This document shows positions 1 through 9,481 of a DNA stretch of 64,000 nucleotides, in pieces (within the stretch, counting starts at the first letter, position 1; each line of letters opens with the position of its first letter). Position numbers and translations under genes: made by a program. The notes below the pieces were generated by a model. That model worked only from the letters and a program-made list of their open reading frames with translations. It did no database searches and had not been told where the DNA came from. The DNA is from Alphaproteobacteria bacterium. Lineage in GTDB: Bacteria > Pseudomonadota > Alphaproteobacteria > GCA-2731375. The DNA lies in assembly GCA_965225945.1 (NCBI GenBank), contig CBDDBZ010000032.1, forward strand, positions 192,001-256,000, written 5' to 3'.

Positions 1-1
1 G

Positions 2-223
2 GCACTGCAGCACCGCCATGGCCTCGCCTACATGTTCATCAGTCACGATCTGAAGGTGGTGCGCGCGATGGCCAACAAGGTGATCGTGATGCGCGAGGGC
101 AAGGTCGTCGAACAGGGGACGGCGGAGCGGATTTTCGAGGACCCGAGGACGGACTACACCCGGGCCTTGATGGCGGCGGCGTTCGATCTAGAGGCGACCG
201 AGAGCGGCGCCGTCAGTACCTGA
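2..223 (+). CDS. ABC transporter ATP-binding protein, C-terminal part (YejF/oligopeptide type); truncated by window edge
   Basis: AYMFISHDLKVVRAMANKVIVMREGKVVEQG...IFEDPRTDYTRALM is the H-loop and tail of peptide ABC ATPases. Confidence 0.85.
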   Translation, partial: ALQHRHGLAYMFISHDLKVVRAMANKVIVMREGKVVEQGTAERIFEDPRTDYTRALMAAAFDLEATESGAVST

Positions 224-261
224 GCCAAGGCCCGAGAACCTCGGCCGCCCCGGACACGACC

Positions 262-441
262 TCAGAGCACCAGCTTGAGCAACTCATACGGCCAGAGGAT
301 GCCGGCGATCGCCGCTTCCTCGAAGGTCTGCATGTTCGACCACGAGGTCTTGCGAACTTCCAAGAATTTTATCAAGAACGTGCCCAACGCGCCGAGCAAG
401 TAGCAAAAACCCCCAATCAGCCATCTCGTCGTGTTGTCCAT
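262..441 (-). CDS. small hypothetical membrane protein (59 aa)
   Basis: MDNTTRWLIGGFCYLLGALGTFLIKF...AGILWPYELLKLVL; two hydrophobic stretches; ATG at 441 preferred over the ORF start at 537. Confidence 0.55.
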   Translation of the reverse strand: MDNTTRWLIGGFCYLLGALGTFLIKFLEVRKTSWSNMQTFEEAAIAGILWPYELLKLVL

Positions 442-609
442 GTCCGATCCTCGTGCTACCTCGACTCCACGACGAATTTCCGAGGCGCGATCATGGGCCG
501 ATACAGCGCGGAGCCATCGCGCCGTCGGCGGCGCCACGCGGTCATCGAAAAGTCCGTGGGGAACGGCAAGGGGGCGAGGACACGGCCCGTCGACGACTCT
601 ATGACCATG

Positions 610-1086
610 CTAGTTCCCTCTGATCACGTCTTCCAGGATATCTAGCACAATTCCGGTCGCGGTTTCGACCAGAAGGACGTTCGCGTCGACGACGAACCGT
701 TCGGTGCCGTGGGGTGGCGGGCCGAGGCGACCGCTGAGGCCGGGCGGCAACTGGCGCTTGTCCAGGCCCGGCGGCAACGTCTTACGCTTGGCCAGGCCGG
801 GGGGAAGGGAACCTCGCTTGGCGAGGCCCGGCGGCAGCCCCTTCTGCCTGCCTTTCCCCTTGCCTTTGTGCTTGCCCTTGTACGAGGTTCGCTCCCGCAG
901 CTCGATGCCGAAATAATCCTCGATGACGCGCCGCTCCACCGTGGAGAAGACGACATCGAGCGCGTCGCGTTGCGCCAATGTGACAGACGATCCCTGAGCC
1001 GCCACCGGCGCGGCGACGAGCGAGCCCAGGGCGAGACAGGCGGCGGCTAGCAGGGCCGCAGAGTTTATCGGAAAATATCTCATCAT
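610..1086 (-). CDS. exported protein with LPPGLAK repeats (RcnB-like fold)
   Basis: Signal peptide-like N-terminus; LPPGL x4; C-terminal FVVDANVLLVETATGIVLDIL. Confidence 0.7.
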   Translation of the reverse strand: MMRYFPINSAALLAAACLALGSLVAAPVAAQGSSVTLAQRDALDVVFSTVERRVIEDYFGIELRERTSYKGKHKGKGKGRQKGLPPGLAKRGSLPPGLAKRKTLPPGLDKRQLPPGLSGRLGPPPHGTERFVVDANVLLVETATGIVLDILEDVIRGN

Positions 1087-1281
1087 CGCTAACCTCGCAC
1101 TTCGACTCTGATGATAATATAGTCTAAATTGCCCCGTCACGCTGTGTCGACGATCACTCGCGCCCTCCGCGTTTGCCGAGCGTGAGTGAAACCATGCCAC
1201 CTTTGGCAACCGCCCAGGGGCACGACTTCCGCGCCGCCATGCGGAGGTGCCTGCCGCCTGGGTCGAGCGAGTGCGCCCGGC

Positions 1282-2376
1282 CTACTGGTCGGCGCCGACC
1301 ATGGCGTCGATCTCTGATTGCGTCAGGCCGACGGCTCTCGCCGTGTCGAGGATCGCCCGCCACGCGCCCTCGGAGAGGGGAATGCCGTCGCGGCGACGCT
1401 CTGCTTCCAATCGACGTTCCGGCTCGCCCGGGACCAGCACCTCGCCGTCCGGGGCTACTGGCCGGCTGCTCTTCACGAAGTCGACATAGTCCCGCACCAC
1501 GCCGGTGACGCCGTGGCCGTCGTCGAAGCTCGCCACCATCAGATAGATCGACAGCATGCCGTTGGCGACCGGCCGCGCCTCGGGACCGGAGCAGCCCGAC
1601 CCGGTCAAGGCGCCGGCCAGCAATTCGCAGATCAGTGCCAGGCCCGAGCCCTTGTGATCGCCCATGGCGCGAAGCGCGCCCGGCCCCTGTCGCGGATCGG
1701 GGGCACCGCCGCTCGCCTCGGCGCCGTAAAGCAACAGCGGATCGCCGGACACCGTCCCGTCGGGGCCTACCAGGCTGTCCTCCGGCAGTGGCGTGCCACC
1801 GTTGTAGGCGACCAGCGCCTTGCCTTCGGCGATCACCGAGGTGGCGAAATCGAGGATAATCGGGGGTCCGTCGGCCGACGGCACGCCGACGGCGAAGGGG
1901 GCGGTGGAGAAGCGCCGGTCGACGCCGCCGAAGGGCGCCACCAGGCGGGCGCCGGCGACGTTGACGAAATGGACCGAGATCAAGCCCGCCTCGGCGGCGC
2001 GGCGCGGGTAGTCGCCGATGCGGCCGAGATGTCCGGCGTTTCTGAGCGCGACCACGCCGACGCCGCCCCGGGCCGCCCGTTCCATGCCCAGCCGTGCCGC
2101 CTTAGGTCCGACTGTCTGGCCGAAACCGAAATTGCCATCGACCAGCACGAAGGCGTCCGACTCGGCGACGACGTCGATGTCGGCGCCCGGCGTAAGCTTG
2201 CCGTCGTCGATGTAGCGGACGTAGCGGGGTACCCGGATCACGCCGTGGCTGTCGTGACCGGCGAGGTTGGCGTCGACTAGGGATTCGGCGATTCGCGCCG
2301 CCTCGTCGGCTGGGCAGCCCTTGCGGGCGAACACGGCTTCAACCAGACGACTCAACGGGCCGGTTTGGATACGCAC
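1282..2376 (-). CDS. malate/lactate/ureidoglycolate dehydrogenase (Ldh_2 family, YbiC/HcxB-like)
   Basis: GHDSHGVIR, HLGRIG, ILDFATS, HKGSGL, VLVPGEPE motifs. Confidence 0.9.
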   Translation of the reverse strand: MRIQTGPLSRLVEAVFARKGCPADEAARIAESLVDANLAGHDSHGVIRVPRYVRYIDDGKLTPGADIDVVAESDAFVLVDGNFGFGQTVGPKAARLGMERAARGGVGVVALRNAGHLGRIGDYPRRAAEAGLISVHFVNVAGARLVAPFGGVDRRFSTAPFAVGVPSADGPPIILDFATSVIAEGKALVAYNGGTPLPEDSLVGPDGTVSGDPLLLYGAEASGGAPDPRQGPGALRAMGDHKGSGLALICELLAGALTGSGCSGPEARPVANGMLSIYLMVASFDDGHGVTGVVRDYVDFVKSSRPVAPDGEVLVPGEPERRLEAERRRDGIPLSEGAWRAILDTARAVGLTQSEIDAMVGADQ

Positions 2377-2530
2377 GACATCGACCTCCCAGCTTGGAGC
2401 GTTGCCCGACTCGGGCGATTGTGCGGATGCGGATTACGCCATGACGACACCTTTTCGGCGCGGCCGCTGATAGCATGTCGCAAGCGGCGGCGCCATTGAT
2501 CAGGGCGCGGGGGAGCGGAGGGAAGAAAGC

Positions 2531-3325
2531 ATGAGCGATCGCCACGAAATCGAAGCGGTTCGAACGCCGAGCTTCGCGCTTCATGGACAGACGGCGCTGG
2601 TCACCGGCGCGGGGCGCGGCCTCGGCGCCGGGGCGGCGATTGCGCTGGCCGAGGCGGGTGCCGATCTGGTGCTGCTGAGCCGCACCGCCAGCGAGCTCGA
2701 GATCGTCGCCGAGCGGGTCCGGCGGGAGGGCCGCGAGGCCCGCCAGGTGGTCTGCGATGTCACCGACACGGCCGCCTTGGAGACCGCCTTCGGCGATCTC
2801 GACGAGCTCGACATCGTGGTCAACAACGCCGGCACGAACTTTCCGGGGCCCTTCCTGGAGCTGCCGATCGAACGGCTGGACATGATGCTCGATCTCAACC
2901 TGCGCGCAGCGCTGATGGTCGCCCGCCTGGCGGTCGATCGCATGCTGCGGGCGCCCGACCGGCGGGAGCGCGGCGGCGCCATCATCAACATGAGCTCGCA
3001 GATGGGCCACGTCGGGGCGCCCAACCGCGTCGTCTACTGTACCACCAAGCATGGTCTGGAGGGGATGACCAAGGCGCTCGCCCTGGAACTGGCGAAAACG
3101 GGGATTCGGGTCAATTCGATCGGGCCGACCTTCTTCGAATCTCCCCTCGCGCGGCCGATGCTCGCGGACCCGGAATTCCGCCGCGACGTGCTCGGGCGCA
3201 TCGCCCTCGGCCGTCTCGGCAAGACCGAGGACCTGATGGGCGCGATCGTCTTTTTGGCCTCCCCCGCCGCCGCCATGATCACCGGTACCAGCTTGCTGGT
3301 CGACGGAGGTTGGACCGCGCGCTGA
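2531..3325 (+). CDS. SDR family oxidoreductase
   Basis: TGAGRGLG, NNAG, YCTTK, VDGGWTA. Confidence 0.92.
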   Translation: MSDRHEIEAVRTPSFALHGQTALVTGAGRGLGAGAAIALAEAGADLVLLSRTASELEIVAERVRREGREARQVVCDVTDTAALETAFGDLDELDIVVNNAGTNFPGPFLELPIERLDMMLDLNLRAALMVARLAVDRMLRAPDRRERGGAIINMSSQMGHVGAPNRVVYCTTKHGLEGMTKALALELAKTGIRVNSIGPTFFESPLARPMLADPEFRRDVLGRIALGRLGKTEDLMGAIVFLASPAAAMITGTSLLVDGGWTAR

Positions 3326-3337
3326 AGCGGCTCCGAC

Positions 3338-4429
3338 CTAGCGACGGCGGATCCGGGTGACGTGACCCATCTTGCGGCCTTCCCGGACGTCCTCCTTGCC
3401 GTAAAGATGGAGGTGGTTTTCCGGGTCGGTCAGCAACTCCCGCCAGCCATTCACCTCGTCGCCGATCAGATTTGTCATCACGGCTTCGCCGAGGCTCGTC
3501 GTGTCGCCGAGCGGCAGACCCAAAATGGCGCGAATATGCTGCTCGAATTGCGAAGTGACCGCACCCTCGATGGTCCAATGGCCCGAATTGTGGACCCGCG
3601 GCGCGATCTCGTTCAACAGCAAGGCGCCCGACGGCAAGTGGAACAGCTCGATGCCCATCACACCGACATAGTTCAGGCCTTCCAGCAGCCGGGTCGCGAT
3701 CTCCCGCGCCCGCGCCGCCGTCTCGGCCGAAATTGCGGCCGGCGCGATGCTGGTCCTGAGGATGTGGTCTCGATGCCGGTTCTCTACCGCCTCGTAGCAA
3801 GCGACGGCGCCGTCGCGACCCCTGGCGGCGATGACCGAGATCTCCCGCTCGAAGGCGACGAAGCCTTCCAGGATCGCCGGCGCGCCGGCCAGCGCGGCGG
3901 CAGCGACCTCGACATCCGCCGGCGACGCGAGCCGGACCTGCCCCTTGCCGTCGTAGCCGAGACGGCGTGTCTTCAATACCGCCGGCGCGCCGATCTCGGC
4001 GAACGCCCCGGCCAACCCGGAGGCGTCGTCGACGGCGCGGAACGGCGCCGTCTCGATCCCCAGCTCAGCCACGAAGCGCTTCTCCGCCAAGCGATCCTGG
4101 GTCGTCGCCAGCGCCTCGGGGCCGGGGTGGACCGGCACGCGCTCGGCCAGGCGCCGCGCCGCCGCCAAGGGTACGTTCTCGAACTCGTAGGTCACGACGT
4201 CGACCCTCTCGGCGAAGCGGTCGAGCGCGCCGGAATCGTCGTAGAGCGCAACCGTTTCCCGGGCGGCGACTTGCGTCCCGGGCCCGCCCGCCTCGGGGCT
4301 GTAAACGTGCGTGACAACGCCGAGGCGCGCGGCGGCCAGGGCCAGCATGCGGCCCAGCTGACCACCGCCGAGGATACCGACGACGGCGCCGGGGCCGGCC
4401 TCTCTCGGCCCGACCGTCCGGCTAGTCAT
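3338..4429 (-). CDS. purK: N5-carboxyaminoimidazole ribonucleotide synthase
   Basis: [38 protein letters not shown]; overlaps purE. Confidence 0.97.
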   Translation of the reverse strand: MTSRTVGPREAGPGAVVGILGGGQLGRMLALAAARLGVVTHVYSPEAGGPGTQVAARETVALYDDSGALDRFAERVDVVTYEFENVPLAAARRLAERVPVHPGPEALATTQDRLAEKRFVAELGIETAPFRAVDDASGLAGAFAEIGAPAVLKTRRLGYDGKGQVRLASPADVEVAAAALAGAPAILEGFVAFEREISVIAARGRDGAVACYEAVENRHRDHILRTSIAPAAISAETAARAREIATRLLEGLNYVGVMGIELFHLPSGALLLNEIAPRVHNSGHWTIEGAVTSQFEQHIRAILGLPLGDTTSLGEAVMTNLIGDEVNGWRELLTDPENHLHLYGKEDVREGRKMGHVTRIRRR

Positions 4430-4916
4430 CCACGGGCGAATCGGGAACCTGCTCGGTCTGCCGCCGTCGCCAGCCGGCCAGCGCCTCGGCGACCGCCTCG
4501 TCTTCCAAGGCCACGATCTGGGCCGCCAGGAGACCGGCGTTGACCGCGCCGGCGCGGCCGATGGCGAGGGTCGCGACCGGGATGCCGGCGGGCATCTGCA
4601 CGATCGAGAGCAGGCTGTCGAGACCGGAGAGGATGCGGCTCTCGATCGGGACGCCGAGCACGGGAAGCGAGGTCATGGAGGCGGCCATGCCCGGCAGATG
4701 CGCCGCCCCGCCGGCCCCGGCGATGATCGCCCTGAGGCCCCTCTCGGCGGCGGAGCGCGCGTAGGCGTAAAGCCGGTCCGGGGTCCGATGGGCGGAGACG
4801 ACGCGCCGTTCGTGGGCGACGCCGAGTTCGTCCAGCATCGCGCTGGCGTGACACATGGTTTCCCAGTCCGAGCGGCTGCCCATGATCACGCCGACCTTGG
4901 GTGTCGATGTCTCCAT
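4422..4916 (-). CDS. purE: N5-CAIR mutase
   Basis: [39 protein letters not shown]; RBS GGAGGA before ATG 4916. Confidence 0.97.
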   Translation of the reverse strand: METSTPKVGVIMGSRSDWETMCHASAMLDELGVAHERRVVSAHRTPDRLYAYARSAAERGLRAIIAGAGGAAHLPGMAASMTSLPVLGVPIESRILSGLDSLLSIVQMPAGIPVATLAIGRAGAVNAGLLAAQIVALEDEAVAEALAGWRRRQTEQVPDSPVDD

Positions 4917-5112
4917 GCTTTCCTCCCGGCGACGGTCCGGAATTATAGGCGGCTGGCCGGCGGCGCCGCAATTTCCGTTCAACTGATTGAGAAGATTTGG
5001 TAATCTTTTCGTGCCCAGGTAAGTTGCGAGCTTTATCCTCGGCGCTGGCTCGGGCCGGAAAAGGCCGCGCCCGGGGCTCGACGCGAGATCGATCGTCTGG
5101 GAAACGGACGGT

Positions 5113-5871
5113 ATGAAAATCGGCGACAACAGACCACTCGGCAGTCCCAGCGCGGCCCGCACGGGCGCGCGGGACGCCGCGCGCGCTTACGCCGGCACGG
5201 AAGCCTCCGCGCCGCGCGCGACGGAAGACAGCACCACCATTCTCGGCATTCCCGAGTCGGAACTGACGCCCAAGGTGCGCGAGGCGATCATGAAATTGAT
5301 GCACGAAGTGGAGACACTTCGTCGCGAGCTCGATCGCACCCATGAGCGCCTGAATCACATGGAGAAGCTGGCCGATCTGGACCCCCTGGCACCGATCGCC
5401 AATCGGCGCGCCTTCGTGCGCGAACTCACCCGCGCGATTTCCTTCGCCGAACGCAATCAGAGCCCGCCGAGCTTGGTTTATTTCGACGTCAACGGCTTCA
5501 AGGCGATCAACGACAATTACGGCCACGCGGCGGGCGACAAGGCGTTATTGCACGTGGCGAGCGTCCTGCTGGAGCGGGTGCGCGAATCGGACGTCGTCGG
5601 TCGCTTGGGCGGCGACGAGTTCGGTGTCATCCTGGCCCAGACGAGTGAGACGCGCGCGCGCGAAAAAGCCCAGACGAGTGAGACGCGCGCGCGCGAAAAA
5701 GCGATGCAACTGGCCGAGGCGATCGAAAACGAACCGGTGGCGTGGGAAGGCACCGATCTGCTGATAAAGGTCGCCTACGGGATCACCACCTTTCAGGGCG
5801 GAGAAGATGCCCTGGCGGCGGCCGACCGGGAGATGTACGAGCGCAAGGCCAGCATGAAATCCGAGGGCTGA
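5113..5871 (+). CDS. GGDEF diguanylate cyclase with N-terminal coiled coil
   Basis: [31 protein letters not shown]-site and RLGGDEF. Confidence 0.92.
   Translation: MKIGDNRPLGSPSAARTGARDAARAYAGTEASAPRATEDSTTILGIPESELTPKVREAIMKLMHEVETLRRELDRTHERLNHMEKLADLDPLAPIANRRAFVRELTRAISFAERNQSPPSLVYFDVNGFKAINDNYGHAAGDKALLHVASVLLERVRESDVVGRLGGDEFGVILAQTSETRAREKAQTSETRAREKAMQLAEAIENEPVAWEGTDLLIKVAYGITTFQGGEDALAAADREMYERKASMKSEG
5635..5700 (+). repeat. perfect 33-bp in-frame tandem duplication ([11 protein letters not shown] x2)
   Basis: gcccagacgagtgagacgcgcgcgcgcgaaaaa at 5635-5667 and 5668-5700. Confidence 0.95.
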
Positions 5872-5964
5872 ATTCTCGGCCCGGCCCGGCGTGAGCCCGA
5901 GTCATGGCGACGGCCCCGGCGGGGGACGTCCGGACCGCTCCGCTCATTGGTGCACCCTTTGATC

Positions 5965-6240
5965 GGTGAGCGTTGCGAATCGGCGTACCGTGCACCATCC
6001 GAGCGTCCGCCGCGACGGCCTGCTCCGCTTGCCGCTCGCCGGCCAGGGGGAGACCCGCCGCGCGGCGGTGCACCACCCGAGCGTCCGCCGCGACGGCCTG
6101 CTCCGCTTGCCGCTCGCCGGCCAGGGGGAGACCCGCCGCGCGGCGGCCGGGAGCGTTGAACGGACCACAGGGTGTTGCGCCAAGGCCTCTCGGCCAGAGC
6201 GCCGGTCAATGAGCGATCCGCGCAGGCTCCCAGCTCGGGA
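5965..6240 (+). ncRNA. putative IS110 bridge RNA with two target-binding loops and one donor-binding loop (ends approximate)
   Basis: GCTCCGCT (6022-29, 6100-07) equals left target 5937-44; AGGGGGAGAC (6045-54, 6123-32) is the revcomp of right junction 7494-7503; CACAGGGTGT (6166-75) equals donor 7486-95; CAATGAGCG (6207-15) is the revcomp of left junction 5941-49. Confidence 0.82.
5990..6145 (+). repeat. 78-bp tandem duplication (1 mismatch) in the IS110 left end
   Basis: Units 5990-6067 and 6068-6145 differ only at caccaTcc/caccaCcc. Confidence 0.95.
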
Positions 6241-6270
6241 CAACTTATCGCAATCGAGGAGGTAGGGAAC

Positions 6271-7485
6271 ATGGGATATTGTGTGGGAATAGATTGGGGT
6301 GGCCTCGCACATGCCGTTTGCGTCGTCGACGACGCAAACGGCATGTGCGTCGAAAATTTCGAGGTGGCCCACGGCGCCGCCGGGATAGCCGAGCTGCTCG
6401 CCCGCCTGGCCCGCATCGCGCCGCCGGAGGAAATGCCGATCGCCATCGAGCGACCTTCCGGCCTGCTGGTCGAGAGCTTGATCGAGGCCGGCCATCCGGT
6501 GATCCCGATCCACCCCAACGTCGTCAAGGCCTGCCGCCCGCGCTACCGCGCCGCCGGCGGCAAAAGCGATCCGGGCGATGCCTACATGATCGCCGATATC
6601 CTGCGAACCGATGGCCATCGCTTCCGCGCCCTCACACCGTGCTCCGACGAGATCGAGGCCTTGAGCGCTCTGGTCCGCACCCGCGACGACCTGGTCGCCA
6701 AGCGCGTCGCCATCGCCAATCAGCTGCGCGGCCTGCTCGACGGCTTCTGGCCCGGCGCCGGCGCCGTCTTCGCCGATATCGACAGCAAGATCGCGCTCGC
6801 CTTCCTCGAACGCTATCCCACCCCCGACAGCGCCCGGAGCCTCGGCGAGAAACGCCTGGCCGCTTTCCTCGCCCGAAACCACTACAGCGGCGGCCGGAGC
6901 CCCCGCCAGCTGCTCGATCGCCTCGGGGCCGCCGCCCGCGGACGCGCCGGCCCCGCCGAAGTCGAGATGAAAGGCGAACTGGTGCGTGCCCTCGTCGCCG
7001 TCCTCCGCCCGCTGGTCGAGCGCCTCGGTGAACTCAGCCGACGCCTCGAGCGAGAGGTCGCCGCGCTTCCCGATGGACGGATCATCATGTCCTTTCCCCG
7101 CGCCGGCCGTGTCTGCGCGGCTCAGATCCTGGCCGAACTCGGTGACGTCAGGGAACGATACCTCTCCGCCGATCACCTCGCCGCCGAGGCCGGCGCCTGC
7201 CCCGTCACTCACGCGTCCGGAAAATCCAGGGGCGTCAAATTCCGATGGGCCTGCAATCATCGCCTGAGGCGCGCGATCACGACCTTCGCCGATAACTCCA
7301 GGCACGAATCCCAGTGGGCACAAGACATCTATCTCGCCGCCAAGAAGCGCGGATGTCGCCACGCCCATGCCATCAGAATCCTCGCCCGCGCGTGGATCAG
7401 GGTCATCTGGAGAGCATGGACCGACGGAAAACCCTACGACCCGCAAAAACATCGAGCCGCAATGCGCGCCACCGAGATAGGTTGA
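6271..7485 (+). CDS. IS110 family transposase/recombinase
   Basis: RuvC-like DEDD: GIDWG, AIERP, KSDPGDA; C-terminal AGACPVTHASGK with the conserved Ser; RBS GAGGAGG. Confidence 0.95.
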   Translation: MGYCVGIDWGGLAHAVCVVDDANGMCVENFEVAHGAAGIAELLARLARIAPPEEMPIAIERPSGLLVESLIEAGHPVIPIHPNVVKACRPRYRAAGGKSDPGDAYMIADILRTDGHRFRALTPCSDEIEALSALVRTRDDLVAKRVAIANQLRGLLDGFWPGAGAVFADIDSKIALAFLERYPTPDSARSLGEKRLAAFLARNHYSGGRSPRQLLDRLGAAARGRAGPAEVEMKGELVRALVAVLRPLVERLGELSRRLEREVAALPDGRIIMSFPRAGRVCAAQILAELGDVRERYLSADHLAAEAGACPVTHASGKSRGVKFRWACNHRLRRAITTFADNSRHESQWAQDIYLAAKKRGCRHAHAIRILARAWIRVIWRAWTDGKPYDPQKHRAAMRATEIG

Positions 7486-7497
7486 CACAGGGTGTCT
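7482..7497 (+). promoter_or_regulatory. -35 box (TTGACA) at the IS110 right end; forms a junction promoter on circularisation
   Basis: Circle junction would read TTGACA-cagggtgtctcattggtg(18 nt)-CACCCT; established IS110 behaviour, the -10 assignment is inference. Confidence 0.6.
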
Positions 7498-7590
7498 CCC
7501 CCTCCGGGCCGCCCGGAAAAGCTCCCCTCAATGGGTGGCCCGGAGGGGTCCCGGAGGGGGAGCGGAGCGGCCGAGACTTATGTCCATCGC
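7498..7590. repeat. remainder of a REP-like palindromic element targeted by IS110 (left arm begins about 5900-5944)
   Basis: Rejoined ccgctccgctccccctccggg is the inverse complement of cccggagggggagcggagcgg (7550-7570). Confidence 0.7.
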
Positions 7591-8813
7591 CACAGTACAC
7601 GACTCGTTCATGCTGGCTTTGGCCTGGGCACCTGGACTGGTGGTTTTCCGGGGACGAGGAAACGAATCAGCTCAATGGCTTGACGCCTGTCGATAGGATT
7701 GACGAGCTGTCGCCTTATCCACTCGAAACCGTATCGGAAGATGGATTTTGCCATCCTTTTGTGGGTTTTGAGGCGGATCGGCTCGGCCTCGTGGAGCCAA
7801 TCGCCGACTTTGTGCGCCCAGCAGAAGGTGATGGAAAGGACGGCGGTGAGCTTGGAGATGCGCTCCGGGTCGGTCATGTGGGTGTCTTCGAGGTTGAAGC
7901 CACGGGTTTTCAAGGCGGCGAAGAGGGTCTCGATTTGCCAGCGCTGGGCGTAGATGGCCAAGGCCTCCTCGGGCGCGTCGTTGGTCACGACGATCAACAG
8001 TTCGCCGGTCTTGAGATGGAGCGCGGCGACGAAGACGGGCCTGGCCTTGGGTTTTCTGGCCTCCGAGAGGCGCCTGGCGTTGGAGAGGATGCGGCTTTCC
8101 CCGGGTTTGAGGTCGCGAAACAGCTCCCTCGCCTTGACCATGCGACCACGCGTGTTGGCGATCTTGATGTTGGATCGGATGCGGATGTGAAAGGGGATGG
8201 CCTTTTCCTGCAACCATGCCAGCCAGGCGTCGCCGATGAATTCCCGGTCGGCCAGGAGGCTGGCGATCTTGTCGACCCCGAAGAGCCGGAGGACGTGTTC
8301 GAGGATCGCGATCCGCTCCTTGGTATTGGAATTGCCCGCCTTGTCGAGCACCCGCCAGCACACGGGAATGGCGATGGCGCGGTTGACGATGCCGATCATC
8401 AAGATGTTGACGTCGCGGCGACCCAGCCGCCAGTTGGTCCGGTCCATGGTCAGCCGCCACGGCCCCGCCTGGAGCCCCATCATCGCGACCAGGAACTCGG
8501 CGAGGCGATCGTAATCGAAATCGACTTGCTCGAAAAACCGTTGCAGGCGCCGATAGTTGGAGCTGGATCGCGCGCGCCCCGGAAAGTGGCAGGCCAAGTG
8601 AGAGAGGTTCACCGTCCGGGCGACGAACACGCCGAAGACCAAGACGCAAAGGCTCTCCAGACGGCTCTTGCGAAAGGCGAAGCCGCATCGTAGCGTCTCA
8701 CGCAGGGCGTTGATCGGGTTGTCTCGCATGATTTCCCTCTTGACTCGTCGTGGAGTGAATCGGGAATCCTACAACCTTTTCAACGTCCTACGTAAATGCC
8801 GTCGTGTACCATG
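7591..8813 (-). mobile_element. IS4-family element copy 1 (1223 bp)
   Basis: Ends CACAGTACACGAC / GTCGTGTACCATG; 9-bp target duplication GTCCATCGC (7582-90, 8814-22). Confidence 0.93.
7608..8729 (-). CDS. IS4 family DDE transposase
   Basis: MDRTNW, LLADREF, YAQRWQIETLFAALK (YREK motif). Confidence 0.95.
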   Translation of the reverse strand: MRDNPINALRETLRCGFAFRKSRLESLCVLVFGVFVARTVNLSHLACHFPGRARSSSNYRRLQRFFEQVDFDYDRLAEFLVAMMGLQAGPWRLTMDRTNWRLGRRDVNILMIGIVNRAIAIPVCWRVLDKAGNSNTKERIAILEHVLRLFGVDKIASLLADREFIGDAWLAWLQEKAIPFHIRIRSNIKIANTRGRMVKARELFRDLKPGESRILSNARRLSEARKPKARPVFVAALHLKTGELLIVVTNDAPEEALAIYAQRWQIETLFAALKTRGFNLEDTHMTDPERISKLTAVLSITFCWAHKVGDWLHEAEPIRLKTHKRMAKSIFRYGFEWIRRQLVNPIDRRQAIELIRFLVPGKPPVQVPRPKPA

Positions 8814-8824
8814 GTCCATCGCTA

Positions 8825-9112
8825 TCAGTCGGGCCGTTCGACGATGACGCGGCCCCGGCCGCGACGCAGCACATAGCCGCCCCTCGGAATGGAGAGTTTT
8901 CCCGCCTCGATCAGCGTCCGCAACGCATCTTGAATTCGTACCGCGTTACGATCGACCTGCGTCTTCGTCGGCGCGGGCTTGCGCGCCAGCCATTCGGCAA
9001 ACGTCCTGTTCGCGATGTCGTCGCCGAGCGATTTTCTGAGCGCGTTGAGTTTCCGCACCTCCATGCGAGTCAGCGCGCCTTCGTCGATTGCACCCTTGGA
9101 ACCTTTGGCCAT
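8825..9112 (-). CDS. small basic hypothetical protein
   Basis: 95-aa Lys/Arg-rich ORF with natural composition and AT-rich upstream region. Confidence 0.7.
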   Translation of the reverse strand: MAKGSKGAIDEGALTRMEVRKLNALRKSLGDDIANRTFAEWLARKPAPTKTQVDRNAVRIQDALRTLIEAGKLSIPRGGYVLRRGRGRVIVERPD

Positions 9113-9481
9113 GTTACCCTAATTCCCTAACCGAAAACGACACCACTTAGCTGGTGCCGATGACCAAAATAGTTCAAATGCAACCCTGGTCAAGGAATTC
9201 GTGGGAATGATTTGGTAAGCTCGGCGAGAATCATTTTCGAAGTCACGCATTTGATGTGGTTCCACGAGCCGATTGCGATATACATGCAGCCTCTACTGGG
9301 AATCCGTCGATCCACGACCACGGTATGGCGAGTTGCTTGGCCATGCGCGTTCGGTTTTCGATTATTTCGCCTATATTGCCGAGCGTGCCGCGTCGGGCCG
9401 GACAAGGCGCTAGAGCGCTTCAAGTTTGCAGCGAATCGCCGGGCCGGGGGAGTGGGCGGCCTCGACCAGGCTTGAAACGTG

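Larger units (their letters stand above)
5943..7497 (+). mobile_element. IS110-family element (bridge recombinase), complete
   Basis: CT core at both junctions (5943-44, 7496-97); long left non-coding end; short right end with TTGACA; no terminal inverted repeats; DEDD transposase. Confidence 0.9.

Noticed and set aside
735-845. Roughly 30-bp periodic DNA repeat in the LPPGLAK gene
   Set aside because: Reflects an ordinary protein repeat.
2509-2520. GGGGGAGCGGAG (and ccgctccgctc at about 62265) as additional IS110 targets
   Set aside because: Partial matches in GC-rich DNA; the first overlaps a purine-rich RBS region and the second lacks the right target half.
5990-6145. 78-bp repeats as a CRISPR array
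   Set aside because: Two abutting units, no spacer and no cas genes; explained as an IS110 bridge-RNA module.
9190-9481. C-terminal extension of the 776-aa membrane ORF
   Set aside because: Out-of-frame read-through after the frameshift near 9648; the natural end is ...YDCAQFR*.
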